A stretch of 64,000 nt of DNA from Zancudomyces culisetae HAW-14-8 (GCA_052426225.1 JBNJNM010000013.1:1-64000); one strand, 5' to 3'; positions 25,111-38,329 are shown, numbered from the stretch's first letter. Notes: generated by a model not told the origin, from the sequence alone. Made by a program: numbers and translations.

Positions 25111-26393
25111 TTTTTTACATTATTTATACAATATTTATAAATTGTACCCTCTAAAAATGTGCTGTAGCTATGACATTTATTATTCTTTATTATGATAAAT
25201 ATACTAAATTCTTTTTGTTAATGCTGTCTTTTTGGTTCGACTTTTTAATGAAAGATAGCTGGAATATAGAGTCTAATTAACAACACATGTTTCCAACAAA
25301 GCTAAACTACCTCAATAAAACAATACACAAACTTTGATACATTTTGTTTAGCTGTATAATAATGTTTATTTGTGCCATTAGAACACCAAGATTCACTAGT
25401 GCAATCTAAAAAAGTAAATATGCTTACCTAGTATGATAAAATTTGAAACGCTGCTTCATTCTCACTATTTTACTTATTTTAGACAATTTGTAATCATTGG
25501 GAAGGGGCGATCTTATGGTCATTTACATTATGTTAATAATAGTATTTTTATTATTTTCCGTCTACAACAATTATTTCTCACTATAAAAATGAAGAGTGAA
25601 AGTAAAGAATATTAAGTTCATTAATTTAATAGGATCGGGTCTACTCTATTTGGTTTAGATAATTTTAAACAATTTCTAAGAATAGATTGACTTTAAATAC
25701 TATTTTTAGTTCAATTTATTTTGTTCACTAAATCACCGTTAAATCGATATGTTATTTGCTCTGGATAAATTTCATTAGGATGAATTAGATTACCAATAAC
25801 CCATAAATGGTTAGTACACGGGTATAATTATACTTTGGTATTTGTGAGTCAAAATTAAATATCAATTAAAAATAGATTTTGTTTATTGTTGTGTAAGAAT
25901 TACAAAAATATTTTTAGTATTATACTAAGCTCGCACTATACTTTACCATAAATCAAGTAAACACAATTATCGAACACAAATTAATATTGTTTGCTCTTTG
26001 TGCTCTAACACTTACTACAAAATAACAATTTTTTAAAATATTAGTTAAGGTGAAGATATATTACAAAACCTGATTCTCTAAAATTACACATGCTTTCTAA
26101 ATTTAGCCCTATATTCATTACCAATACTCTTTACGGTTCTAAAATTAGGATTATTACTGGCACTTTAAAATTGATATAGGATACCCGTGAATTGTGTTTA
26201 AAGATTAAATTAAATTAAAAATATGAAAAAGAAAAAGTATAAAATGAGTCAAGATATCACTGTCAAAAAAAAAATATCAACAGTTGAAGATTCTTCAAGT
26301 ATCAATTTAAAGCATAATCATAATCATTTGTATTAAAATATTGCATTAGCGCATCAGCTACACATAACGCTCATTTTAAACTAGATATCAAAA

Positions 26394-26810
26394 ATGGTAA
26401 AATCAACACTCGCACTCTTCACTGCCGCAGTTGCCACAGTATCAGTAAATGCTGCATCCGCTCCAAGACCAAGAGCAAATGTTGGTCCTATGCAACCACC
26501 AATGGAACAGGTTCAGGACTTTGGAAGATATGCTTCACCATCTCGCCCTGCCTTTAACAACCGCTTCGCTGCACCAGCCTACCGCAAGCGTGCTGACGAG
26601 GAGGAGGAAGTTGCACCAGCTGACGACGATTCTGCTCAAACTGTTGATCCTTCAGCAGAAGGCGGTGATGCAGGAAATGGAACCGATGACCGTTGGTGGT
26701 ACGGATACTATGGATACCCATACTACGGCGGGTACTACGGATATCCATCGTATGGCTACGGTTACGGTTACGGTTACAGCTACCCATACTACGGTGGATA
26801 CTACTACTAA
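26394..26810 (+). CDS. Secreted precursor with Kex2 site (RKR), acidic spacer and C-terminal Tyr/Gly-rich peptide (138 aa)
   Basis: Signal peptide, GC-rich coding island, AAAATG start, GTATAAAA upstream at ~26237; the last 38 aa contain 20 Tyr and 11 Gly. Confidence 0.9.
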   Translation: MVKSTLALFTAAVATVSVNAASAPRPRANVGPMQPPMEQVQDFGRYASPSRPAFNNRFAAPAYRKRADEEEEVAPADDDSAQTVDPSAEGGDAGNGTDDRWWYGYYGYPYYGGYYGYPSYGYGYGYGYSYPYYGGYYY

Positions 26811-27416
26811 CTTGCCAGTCTTTAAAACTTTATTGGTTTTAGTCGTTACTTTAACTAATTCTAAGGGTCTTTATATATTATTTAAATAAATAATATCGAA
26901 CAACATACATGAAGATACAATATATTGCTGCATGAATCGATTAAAATTCAGAATTAGAACTTAAATAGCAATTAAATTACCAGTATCTAATTTATTCTGT
27001 TTACTAAATTAGTAATATTACCATAGGTAAAGTACACATAGTTTATTAAGATAATCGCCTTTGATCTACCTAAGGCAGAAAAGACATCATCTGACCAATT
27101 ACCAGTGAGTATGCTGTCTCTAGAGTTGCGGAAACAGACTTTTCATATTATGTTTTAAGAAATTTTTTACCTACTATCTTTTTAATATTTGTGTACTTGT
27201 TGTGACATTAAATTATACTATCAACTAAAATATACGTAAATACTAATGTTTGTGGATCATTTTGGCCTAGTTTTAAAGTAGAATATTGTAATTTATTTAT
27301 GCAAAGATTGGATACTTTAATTAATCTCAGCTTTTTAAGGCTAGAAAAATAATATTTTCATTCACTAAACTTGACTCTAAAGTGATAAAATATTTGTTAT
27401 AAAGGTGTATTAAAGA

Positions 27417-27812
27417 TTATTCGTTGGGGGCAGTACCCATTGACACCCATTTAATTGAAAGTGGACCAGATTTGAGATCTTCAGGGAAATTCCACATACC
27501 AGTTTGTAAAAACCTGGTATTTACTGTACACACACCTCTACAGTCGTTTTCTCTGCATAGCAGCATTCCTCCTGATCTATTCGTGGGATTAAGAAATTGC
27601 GCTGAGGTGCCCTGCTCAATGTTATAACACTTGTGTTTTCTCATTTGGAAGTCGTTTATTACATCTCCTGAAAAGCGGTAGCCTGAGAATACTTTAACGT
27701 GTAAGGTTGGTCGAGAGGACCCATGGTGGTGATGATGGCAATGGCCTGATACTAGCAGGGTTTGAGTAGCTGACAGAAGCTGGATAGCCAATGTATAACT
27801 TGAAACGCGCAT
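27417..27812 (-). CDS. Small secreted 4-Cys beta/gamma-crystallin-like protein, paralogue C (131 aa), His-rich mature N-terminus
   Basis: Signal peptide, HCHHHHH, VKVFSGYRFSG, KCYN, CRENDCRGVC, SIKW. Confidence 0.88.
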   Translation of the reverse strand: MRVSSYTLAIQLLSATQTLLVSGHCHHHHHGSSRPTLHVKVFSGYRFSGDVINDFQMRKHKCYNIEQGTSAQFLNPTNRSGGMLLCRENDCRGVCTVNTRFLQTGMWNFPEDLKSGPLSIKWVSMGTAPNE

Positions 27813-30143
27813 TTTTAGAGGTTTTCTTTTTCAGGAATGAACTTTGTCGTTATTTTGATCTTGTCTCGTTTAGTTATTATGAAGTTAAACTTGAAGTAGT
27901 AATATCGCTATTTATACTTTTTTGAAACTAAACACAAACGGGTCGTTGTAAAAATCTTATTTAAATTACTTGATTAAAAACATACTGTTTTACATGAAAA
28001 ATAGCTAAAGTAAGGACATAAATTTGAGCGAGCCTTAGAATCTAGTATTCATATTTCAATATTTAAGAAATACGTTTGTTTACTCTAGTAAAAATATTAA
28101 TTATGAATAAGCAAAAAATACTAGATCTAAAGATGAGACTAAAAAATCAATAATAAAAGTATAGTATTAATAAAAAGTCCAGTAAAATAGTTGAAATAGC
28201 CCCTGAACCAGTGCTATAAAATTTCATTAAATACTAACATCTCAAGGTGAACAATTTCGTTAATCCAATTTGAAATTTCTTGGCCAAGTCGAGAATGAGA
28301 GATATTAGGGTGTTTAATGAGGAGTTACATTTCTGAACTTGTAGTAATTATAGCTCAAAAATAGGCTAAAATTCTATTGGTTTGGCATTAAAAATTTATA
28401 CGCTGAGGAATATAAATGATATAACTAGGATTTCATTGTTCCTAGTGGTATGAAAATGTAGATCAATTTTAAATAGTATATCACCGTCCTAGACAGTGTG
28501 GCAGCCAAACAGTGTACATTTCTTAACAGGAAAGTTTAATTAAACCTATGTGTTAATATTATCTGCTTTGTATAATTTTTGACTATCGCAATTGCTGAGT
28601 TTGTAGGAAAATATCCAATTTCTATTCTTTTGAATTCTAAAGTAAAGAGGATCGGCTGAACATGATCTAGTCACAATAGCAACTTTTATAATTTACTGCT
28701 TTTTGTATGTGATTTGTCTATAAAACCTATAGTTGTGCACAGTTTTTCAAAAAAGAACTTATAAAAGTTTGTAACTATGGTTAGTAAGAAAAATTAAAAG
28801 TTGGAGATACGAATACGCTGGTGCATTTCAAAATGATTCTATATTTTAATTTGTTTTCATAATATGGTTTTTCATGTTTTATAGAAACTAAAGTTTATAC
28901 TTGATTGGTACATCCGATTATTAAGATGATTGGTGTGACTATCAAAAACTGTTCGGAATAGCCAAAGTTAAATGTTTACTCAATCCACCTATCGTTTATG
29001 TCGTGTTAACACTGAAAGGATAGTTTACTAATTTTATGATTATAGTTAAAAAATAATTAATGAAATCTTCTATTCTATAGCTTTTTCATATTATACTAGA
29101 TTTATTTCTCACACTCTCATACCGCCAAGTAAGTGAAAAATAATTATTTCTTGTTGAGTGATAGCTAAATTTGAATTCAGTAATCTATCTACTATATTTT
29201 TCTGTTTTATATCTCATAAGGAATAAACAGTAAACAATTGAATATTTATATTTATACCAATTTTATTTCAAAAAACATCTTTAATTAATCATAAAAGTAA
29301 TCAGAGTAGATTAAACGAGTGTTTGTATGTCAAACCACAAAAGAAATTAGTAAGATTTGAGAAATGCATTTTATGTATTTGGAAAATAACTATTTGCAAA
29401 CTATATTTTACTCATTACTAAGTTTACAACCAACGAATGATTAGAACTTTAATTTTAAACTTTTAGATCTGTAAGTGTGCATTGATGTTATTTTCATTTA
29501 TAAAATTTAACTATTAATACTAGATTAGTGAGTTTTAATGCTCTAAATAGAAATATCTTTGATATTTATACAAACAACCAGTACAATTATACGTCTACAT
29601 TCCTTATTATATATAGAATATTTTTATCTAGATACTCGTTTAAATAGATAGAACAACAAACCGATAATAAACGAATTAAACTTTAGAATCTTTATTCATT
29701 TGATGTATGAAATGACAGACAAAAAAATACAGTTTTATAAAAAATTAGCCTAACAAATAAAATAATCTTAAGCCGTATGTATATTGATTTTTGATTTCTG
29801 CGATACTGATAATAATTTGATTTGACTATAATGAGTATTTATGAGAATATTAATATTTGGGTGTTCGCATAATAGTAATAGGTTTTCATTTGACTCGACT
29901 ATATACATTAGTGTTTAGCTAAAGTAAACCCTCAAGGACATCAAGAGTATTTTTTGTTAAATACTATAGCAATACTGTGTATTACGAAAACCAAATCAAG
30001 GATATATTGCTAATGTTCTTTTTCAACTTTCCTCTTCTTTGTATTGCTTTTATTTTTTGGAACGTTTAAAAACATTGTTATCTTTACTTTATTTAATTAA
30101 CTATTGACCAAAGCAACAAAACAATATGTAATACTCTAAAATA

Positions 30144-31823
30144 TTATCGAATCTTAAAGTACAACCCCTTGTTTATGCAAAAGTCGCTAAGGGATGTATA
30201 GTGAGAGAATGCGGGTTGTCCATGCTTGTTTTTTTTAACAGCATAATTGGCATGCACCTCGTATTTTCTAATGATCATTGCCAACATCAGCTTCATAAGC
30301 GCAGCTGCATATATTCTTGCTAAACAGACCCGATTCCCAGCACCCCACATTAAATTAGCCAACGAAGCATCTGTTAGTTTGAGACCAAGACGAATATGTC
30401 TCTTGTAGTCGAATTCATTCGCATTTGGTCCAAATATTTCGGGATCCCTATTATGTTCCTGAATGTTAAAACTCACATATTGATGTTTAGAAATACTCAC
30501 GCCATTAGACATCACTACTTCCTGGGTCGTGCAACGGGGCATGAATAAATCCGACCCCGAAAGTCTGATCGTTTCTTTAATGAACGCATCCAAGTACACC
30601 ATTTCGTCCAACATTTCAAATGGAATATGGTTGTTACCACCATTTTTTTCAATAAGCTCATTTTGTTCCTGCAGCAACTCTTTGTAGACGTCAGGCCTCA
30701 GACTAAGCTCTACAAATAAGTTAAACATCCGCCTTGATGCCACTTCCACACCAAGTGATACAGATACCTGTATGCAATACGCTACGCTCGTTAGCTCCGC
30801 TTGGAAAATGCTAAAATTGTCTGTAAAAAATTGTATTATATCAGTTGGTTTACTATATTCGGGAAGGTATTTTCTGCGGCTCGACTCAAGTTCAAAATAC
30901 TCATAAAAGTAGTTATTGCCCAAATACCCCGCAGTAAATAGTGTTGAAAAAAACTCTTGATTATTTACGTTTCCAAGCCTGGTCGGCTTCGTCACTTTTT
31001 TCAAGCTTTCAATCAAATTTCTGTCTCTTATTGCATATGGGCCTAAAAATCTAAATATTATAGCAAACCTAACCATATTTTTTACTGTCTCATACAAGTT
31101 GTTAACCACTACCTCATTTCCATTATACATGCTTCCAGAGGATATAATCTCTCTCCTGATTACTTGTTCCAGGGTCGGTTGGATTGCCTCCATCGATTCC
31201 TTCAAATCAACATATGACAGAAAATATAACAAGTATCTGCTGTATAGAATATCATTCACGTGCATTCCTCTGGCTAATATTGTGTATTTGTGGTGATTTT
31301 TTAGGAAAGCCCGATTTTTATTGAATATCGTCTCTGGATGCTTTACATATTCTGATGAAAACCTTCCGCCGATCAAAATACTTCTTCCTTCCTCCGAATT
31401 AACTATACACAGACTTTGGTTCATGTGCTTCCCATAAACCTTGCCTTTGCCTTTGTATTCCTTAGAAGAATTACGGCTAATACTAGCCTCCATGCATTTT
31501 ACCTTTTTTAAACCATAGGGCACGGCTAGTTCCTTTACTGCTTTCCGAATTTTTCCCGATATTTGGTAACAACACAGATAAAGCAAAATCATGTTCTTAA
31601 TAAACACCAGTATTTCTTGTAGCCATTGATCCGAGACGATGTATTTTAATAGCCATTTTATATCACATACCAATAATGGTATGTAAATAAGATTTGCCAG
31701 TATGTGTCTGTATTCGCTCTCAGTTACAAACAACACAAGGTCGTCAACAAACTGTATTGAAAATAATACACTCAGAATATAGCCGTGTATGTAAAAAATC
31801 AACCCCAGAACTGACCTTTCCAT
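30144..31823 (-). CDS. Cytochrome P450, divergent, intronless (559 aa)
   Basis: Hydrophobic N-terminus, ExxR (KETIR), heme motif WGAGNRVC, HNRDPEIFG; the I-helix lacks the usual Thr. Confidence 0.93.
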   Translation of the reverse strand: MERSVLGLIFYIHGYILSVLFSIQFVDDLVLFVTESEYRHILANLIYIPLLVCDIKWLLKYIVSDQWLQEILVFIKNMILLYLCCYQISGKIRKAVKELAVPYGLKKVKCMEASISRNSSKEYKGKGKVYGKHMNQSLCIVNSEEGRSILIGGRFSSEYVKHPETIFNKNRAFLKNHHKYTILARGMHVNDILYSRYLLYFLSYVDLKESMEAIQPTLEQVIRREIISSGSMYNGNEVVVNNLYETVKNMVRFAIIFRFLGPYAIRDRNLIESLKKVTKPTRLGNVNNQEFFSTLFTAGYLGNNYFYEYFELESSRRKYLPEYSKPTDIIQFFTDNFSIFQAELTSVAYCIQVSVSLGVEVASRRMFNLFVELSLRPDVYKELLQEQNELIEKNGGNNHIPFEMLDEMVYLDAFIKETIRLSGSDLFMPRCTTQEVVMSNGVSISKHQYVSFNIQEHNRDPEIFGPNANEFDYKRHIRLGLKLTDASLANLMWGAGNRVCLARIYAAALMKLMLAMIIRKYEVHANYAVKKNKHGQPAFSHYTSLSDFCINKGLYFKIR

Positions 31824-34096
31824 TCCTCTTTGATTGCTGTTGTCTATATATCTACTAGAAAGTTATTTAAGAAAAAAATAATTTATTAAATTTAAAAGAA
31901 TGTCCCTTGTTTGAAGCCTAGAGATAGTAGGATACCTTTTTGTTTGAAATGTAAACTTGATAATTTCCTTATTATATTGCTTTTATACTATTTTTTACTT
32001 TACTTAAATTTGATTTTTTCTATTTACTAGTATCATCAGCGGTTCGTTTAAATCAGCTACTCAAATGGAATTTGCTGATGTATTCCCTTTCCCCATTCCT
32101 TCAAATGGCAACTTAAGGGGAGTTATAGTCTAATTGATCTTTAATTTGTTTAGATTCTAACTTGCGTTATTTTTTTCATCATTAGCTAATACCTCATTAA
32201 ATTATGTTGTTAGTTAATTATCACCATTAGTCAAGAAAAGTAAAATTAAGAATGATGAAAAAAAATTTCATTTCCAAAACTGCCTGTATTTAATTAAATC
32301 TAGTAATATTTTATCAAATAATATATATTTAATATTACTTCATTATATAATCGTCGTTATTGTATGGTTACCTACTATTAACTTTTTGTTATACCAATTT
32401 CTACAGATCCGAATGTAAAGGTGATATCAAGAAGTAAATCCCATGATTTAATCATATTTACGAGAAAATAGGTGAAAATCTGAAAAATTAATTCATTAAA
32501 CTGGCATGTAATGTGATGTTAAAAGATAATAATTATTTATGGTGTTCGAAATCCAAAAATTACTTGAATTTTTTAAATTAGATAATTTTATTCCTGTTTA
32601 GGATAATTGTATAATTCAGTATCATTTTTCCTCTAAGAAAAAGGGCAAGTAAAGTAGAGGTAAATGATTACAGTTAGTTTACCAAATAAAGACTAATCAA
32701 TAAAGCTTTCACAATACTTCTTGCCCTCCCCCTTGTAAATAACCTACAAATCAAAATTGGCTAATAAAGCTTAAACAAACAATAGCATTAAACTGCTGTA
32801 ACCTCCAGTTTTTCAACCTGCGGGTTACATCTATTTGAGAAAAGTGAGTCAGAATAATCTACAAAAAAAGCTACATTGTGTATTTAATTATGTATATCAC
32901 TAGAGATATCGTTCTGCACGGTTTCCATTACCCTTGTGACACAGCTAAAGCTTGATAACTCTTGTTTCAGAATTTTTATTCTAGCTGATAATTCATGTCG
33001 TTTAAAGGCTGCTGAGACCGACGAGGTCTCTACTATTGAAAAAATAGTTATTATTATCAGGTTTTAATATCTTTAGCTTTTTTTTATAAAAGAATGGTGT
33101 GATATAAAGTCTAGTAATTATCAAAAAACATTTATTAAATAGATTGTAAAATTAAAAGGATTTAGAGCCGGATTTAATGAGACCAAAAATGGTTTTGTGA
33201 TTTGTTAGAATCATCTACAAGTGATTTTTTTGCAAGAAATAATAAAAAAGGCGTCACAAAGGGTTGAGAGAATGTCAAAATTTTCATAACCTAAGTCGAA
33301 ACTAAGTGAACGATACACAGATTGGCAAAATGCCTTTCCAAAATATGCAATAATCAATTGTAAAAAATAAACTACAAAGAAAAAGGGCTAGTCTCAAAAA
33401 TCATCACAGGTCGAATATGAATAACACAACTGATTCGTTTGTAGCTCAGTTTCAAACATGCTAAATAATATTTCATTAACTAATCTTTTCTAATTCCATA
33501 GTTTTTATTTAGTTTTAGATTCCTATTACTAAAGCTAAACCATATAAACAAAATATTAAGAACTAATTTATCAAACCATTTTACCCTATTTGCTATCACT
33601 AATTAGATTGGAGTTTATTATAAAAACCAAATGTTAACAACGTGGTATATATCTTTGGTGTTTCTTTCAATAAATGCCAAAGTTCTCAACCATAGCAGAC
33701 AAAAAGTTGCTCGTATTACCTAAAGTATATATTTAAAATCTAGTAAAAGCTGTTGAGATTAAGAGCACTAACTTATACTCGCCGTTTCTCAGAGTTGTTA
33801 GCCTTAATTATTTTTTCTTGGAAAAATGAAAAGCAGTCTAACTAATTTAAATAAACTTTGACTCGTTATTTTATCGAGATTTGGCAAAGCTAGTGGGATT
33901 CCTTGCTTAATTTTGTTTAATTTAAAAGTGAGCTATCAAAGCTAGAAAGGTTCCATCAACCATTTTTAATTGTGCTTAGCGCTTTCCTCATCAAATACTC
34001 ACTCAGTTCAACTATTTTATCCCCGAATTATCAACTTGTCAAATATTCAAGTTTGGTGCAAGAAATACTGCAAAACGTGAAAAACTGAAAGGAAAA

Positions 34097-35270
34097 ATGT
34101 CGTTCACGATTCTAAACAATAGTCCGGAATTCATAGCAGGTAGCCTAAGTAATGAAAGCGACATGCCCAGGCATTCATTAAGTGATGTACGAATAAGACC
34201 AGCGTTTACAATTGCCAAGGAACCGCTGTCTGTATATATAACAGCAACACACCTAGTTGTTTTATCAGCTGCTCAAAACTCTGGATTTAGCATTGCCTAC
34301 GACTCTATTGCTTTGTACGCAAAATCATTAAAACAGGATAAAGTAGATTTCGAGAACGAAAATAATTTAGGTGATTGCATCTGTTTACAACTAGAGCTCT
34401 CATTCCCATCCTCTGTTGTTAACAATGCTTCTCAAGAGGATTCCCACCTTTCAAGCAGGAAGGAAAGCATAAATGTCGAAAGTCTAAATGACTCATACAA
34501 TGAGAACGAGAGTGCGGATAATTCCTGGGATGAAAATCTCGAGGAGGAAATTTAATTTTCTGAATTGTTTATTTTTCACCAGGATTTGAACAAGCGTGAG
34601 TCCACTTTTTATGTCAGTCGATTTTAACTTTTTTTACAGAGTAGCAGAAAAATACAGTTTGAGCTTTCGATTGCTAAAATATGGAATACCGATAATAGTT
34701 GATGAGCTCTACACTGCTTTATGCAAAGCAATACCCCTTCTTCCACCATTTTTTTCCGATCCTCAAGACCTTTTGGATTACCAGAATAACCAAGCATTTT
34801 CAGATACTTGTGCTCCAAATGATGATTTTTGTCAAGTCCAAAAAGATTCAGGTATTGAGTATAATTACGAGTATGGGATGGAATCCTTAGTTCATAAGAC
34901 AAACAATTCTTCAATAGGAGAAGGCGACTTGAACACAGATAGTGGTGATTCGTCTGTTTTAAAAATTTCACCTTTAGAAGTACTCAATGAAACTGAAGCC
35001 TCTTACTTTACCGATCCTTGTGATATCGATAAATTAACAGAGGCGGGGAAGGTAAGCATATATACTTTGTTCTTCTCAATTCATTTCCTGTAGTATCTTA
35101 AATAACTTTTTGGTGTGCACCGTGTTTATTTTGATACTTAGGCGACATTAGAACGGTTAAGTAACTTGCTGGACAAAGATAGTTCGTGGTTTGGCTTGAT
35201 TTTTTTAAAAAAAAGCACACTAGCTCAGAATTCACAACCTAGCATCGTCTTATTTCGATACTGGCAGTAA
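34097..35270 (+). CDS. ICln/Lot5 (Voldacs domain) protein; exons ~34097-34595, 34699-35051, 35142-35270; in-frame TAA at 34553-34555
   Basis: VYIT..HLV...GFSIAYDSIALYA...CICLQL, then SELFIFHQDLNKL/DELYTALCKAIPLLP across a GT-AG intron, and LTEAGK/ATLERL. Confidence 0.75.
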
Positions 35271-35939
35271 AAGACGACTCAATGTATATTGTATCAGAGT
35301 TGCATCTTTTTATCTCCCTTTTTAGATGTGTAACATTATATATATGTTTTTTCGGGAAAACCTTTTTGTTACATCACATAACTTTTTACTACTATTGTAG
35401 TGTATTTCTAATTCTAAATAATACATGAACCCTATTTATCTAACCTACATATATATAAATATATATAAACAATCAACTACATTCCTAAAAGATTCAAAAG
35501 TCAAAAAAATCAAACGGTTTCAGATTCTGGTTTTCTGGTGTATTAAATGTGCAAAGTTAAATAAAAGAAAAAACAGCACATACTTTCTAAACCTTTGGAT
35601 GCTGTAGGTTTACTACCATGTTTGCCTCATATTTTAAATCTATCTTGCAAACTGGACACATTTTGGATACATTATTTAGATACCAATCCACACAACTTTG
35701 ATGGAATGCATGTTTACATGACAAGTCTCTGACAAGGTCGGAACTAAATAAACCACCATTACATAATTTGTAATTGTGAAAGTTTTCATAATAAATTGGT
35801 GTGTCGGAATCTTTATTCTGTTATGATAGAATTTACCTAATAGGTATTCGTGCTAGGTAAACTAGATTAAAAGATTTGATGTTGACATTAATTTGTTGCA
35901 CGCTAAAATAATCGCAAATAAAATGTAAATAAATCCTAC

Positions 35940-36300
35940 TGGCTAATTCCATATACCATGGCATCGACTGAATTGATGAGCTGTGCCAACACCGCCTGGA
36001 TCTTGTATAGGTTGGCTTCCAATCTCTTTTGCCTGACCGACCATCTCATTGATATTTGCCGGTTTACACTTCATGGTCTTGTTTTTAGTACCCCTTGTAA
36101 ACCTTGATTCTCTCCTGCTCCGTGTACCCAGATCTGTATAAATATTCTTTTACTGTCAGGATTAAAGTGACCAAAACATGTTACACTTCGGGCTCCAATG
36201 GCTCTTTTCTGGTCGTGACATGTGATCCCAATGGCAATCTTGAAGTTGACAGTTGGTTTTTTACAATTATTTTATTGAGTCTATCAATGATATGTCTCAT
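35940..36300 (-). pseudogene. Relic resembling the gag/ORF1 of fungal DIRS-like (tyrosine recombinase) retroelements
   Basis: Frameshifted translation EYLYRSGYTEQERIKVYKGY...MKCKPANINE...KRLEANLYKIQAVLAQLINSVDAMVY matches my recollection of that family's Y-PP-LN...LY-IQ--LA--TRP-D pattern. Confidence 0.45.
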
Positions 36301-38329
36301 TCAAGACTCCATATTTTGTTTTTATTCATTTTATTTATTGTGAACTTATTTATAATATCTGTTATGGATATTTATTAAATGAAACCTTGGGTCTCCACCA
36401 GACCCATTTTTTTCGATAATAAACAAATATATCCATAAAATATACATTCTTTTCCTAATTTATAATTTGGTTATAAAATGGCCGTTTCATCCAAAAACTA
36501 TATAAAAAACAGATTAAACCCACATAGAATGGCAAACTTTACAAAAATGTTTAGTTTAGCCTAGTTTTCTAGTTTTACTTATGAACATTATCAATTAGAT
36601 TAAATAAACATTTTAAGTTCAGTACTTGGCAAAATATCTCTTTTGCAGAAGTTCAAGTGTACCAAGTGCCAAGAAAAAAAACGATATTAATAAAAGTGAA
36701 ATTCGACAGCGTTTTAAATAAAAATAAAACTTTTAGCTTTGAAGGTTCGATTAATAACTAATAAAATTACACACATACTATTGATATTACTCAGAGGTAT
36801 ATTCTCAATCTTATCATCTCCATCTACTATTAAAACGAATATTCAAATTATTTTGTAAACCACATCCACGTATTTCTTATTTCTTTTTGTATAATATCTA
36901 AATATTACCGCTTCTTTTACTGGATTTTAGGTAACTAATCCTTCTTGTTCAATGTATCTGAATTTTTAGTGTATGTTTTTTAGTTTCTTGTAGTTGGTTG
37001 AGTTCATCAACGTTTCATTACCATTGAAAGCAGGTTATTTTTACACTCATCCAGTACAAACTTGGCAAGAAAATATTTACTGAATTGGCTAGTTAGATCT
37101 GAGCAATGACTGTTTTCCTATCTTTCTTTGGCACTATTCTAACTTCTAGGTTTTCTGTGTTTATTTCTACTTGTTTTAACTGCAATGCATAGACACGAAA
37201 AATCGTACTTTTGGTTCTTGCACTAAACAAGAATAAATAAAATTTGGTATAGAAACAGTACTACTTCATCATGTAATTTACCAAGTATAATAAAGTTTAA
37301 TCGCCTAATGAAAGAGTATTAACTAAACAAAAAACCAACTTAGTGCCAAGGCTCTCTCACGCACCCTGCCCCCTCCAGAATATTCAAAAGCACTCATTTA
37401 AACACAAATAAACTTCGACTTTTTCTAATTATTTATATTTTTACTTTTTTCTAGTATGATTAAATAGTCTCCAATGATAGCAAAGTAAATGATATTGCGG
37501 TAGAAATGAAACCCCACCAAAATGAATACCGAAGTACTAGTTCCATTTTTTCGAAAATCTTTTTATTTCATTCTGTTGATTATAGGGTAACTCGTGACTT
37601 TTAATAAATAAACTGACTAGGTTTTCATACATTTCAAAGTTAATACAAAAAAAGATCTACAAATTCACCTTTCTAGACTAGCTATAATAAAATGAATAAA
37701 ACATTGAAAATTGTATTATAAAGATTAGATACCATCAAACAAAGTTGAGCCACAGTCACAACCACTCTCATTCTATAACCGGAGTTTTCCTTATTTTGTG
37801 GTTTTTTTGAAGTCCAGTTAACGTTTAGCCAGTACAAAAAATCGATTGATGACTTTTCATTCAGTCATCATGGTTTTAATTTAGTGAAATGTCTAGAGTA
37901 GTGTAGCTCAGCTAAAGATAGCATATAACAACAACAACAGATATCCCTGGAACTTATGGATGGGTTTATTCAAATAAACTAAATGTAAAAAGTGACCGAG
38001 AATGCAGTAATATTGCAAAAAATAGAAGTGTTCAAAGGTATCTTTGTGATATTGCTACTACTCTAGACTGCAATTTTAATAAGCTGGACTTACTTCAATA
38101 GAGTTTCACTTGTATATTACAGTTTATACAAATTATTAGAATTTGAGTTCGTTATACCATACATTAGTGTGAAAACAATTTAAACTATCAGAATACCACC
38201 TCACTCAAAAGTGTGTAGAGGTAGGGTTCTCTCCTCATGATTTAAAATACACAACAACATTCAAACAGGAAAAAAGCAAATACATCAGAGCAACCCAAAT
38301 CAAATCAAAGAAAACTAAAAAAAATTAAA

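Noticed and set aside
26449-26889. 146-aa alternative-frame ORF overlapping the Tyr-rich gene
   Set aside because: Frame shadow of a GC-rich coding region; lacks a signal peptide and start context.
33017-33033. GC hairpin gagacc-gacga-ggtctc as a possible Helitron 3' end
   Set aside because: No CTRR terminus at the expected distance and no other Helitron evidence.
34553-34555. Stop-codon reassignment or selenocysteine
   Set aside because: The codon is TAA, not TGA, and TAA terminates several intact neighbouring genes. I saw no Sec-type in-frame TGA in any conserved gene.
37895-37930. tagctcag A-box-like motif suggesting a tRNA or SINE (also ~33441)
   Set aside because: No B-box (GTTCRA) or cloverleaf follows.
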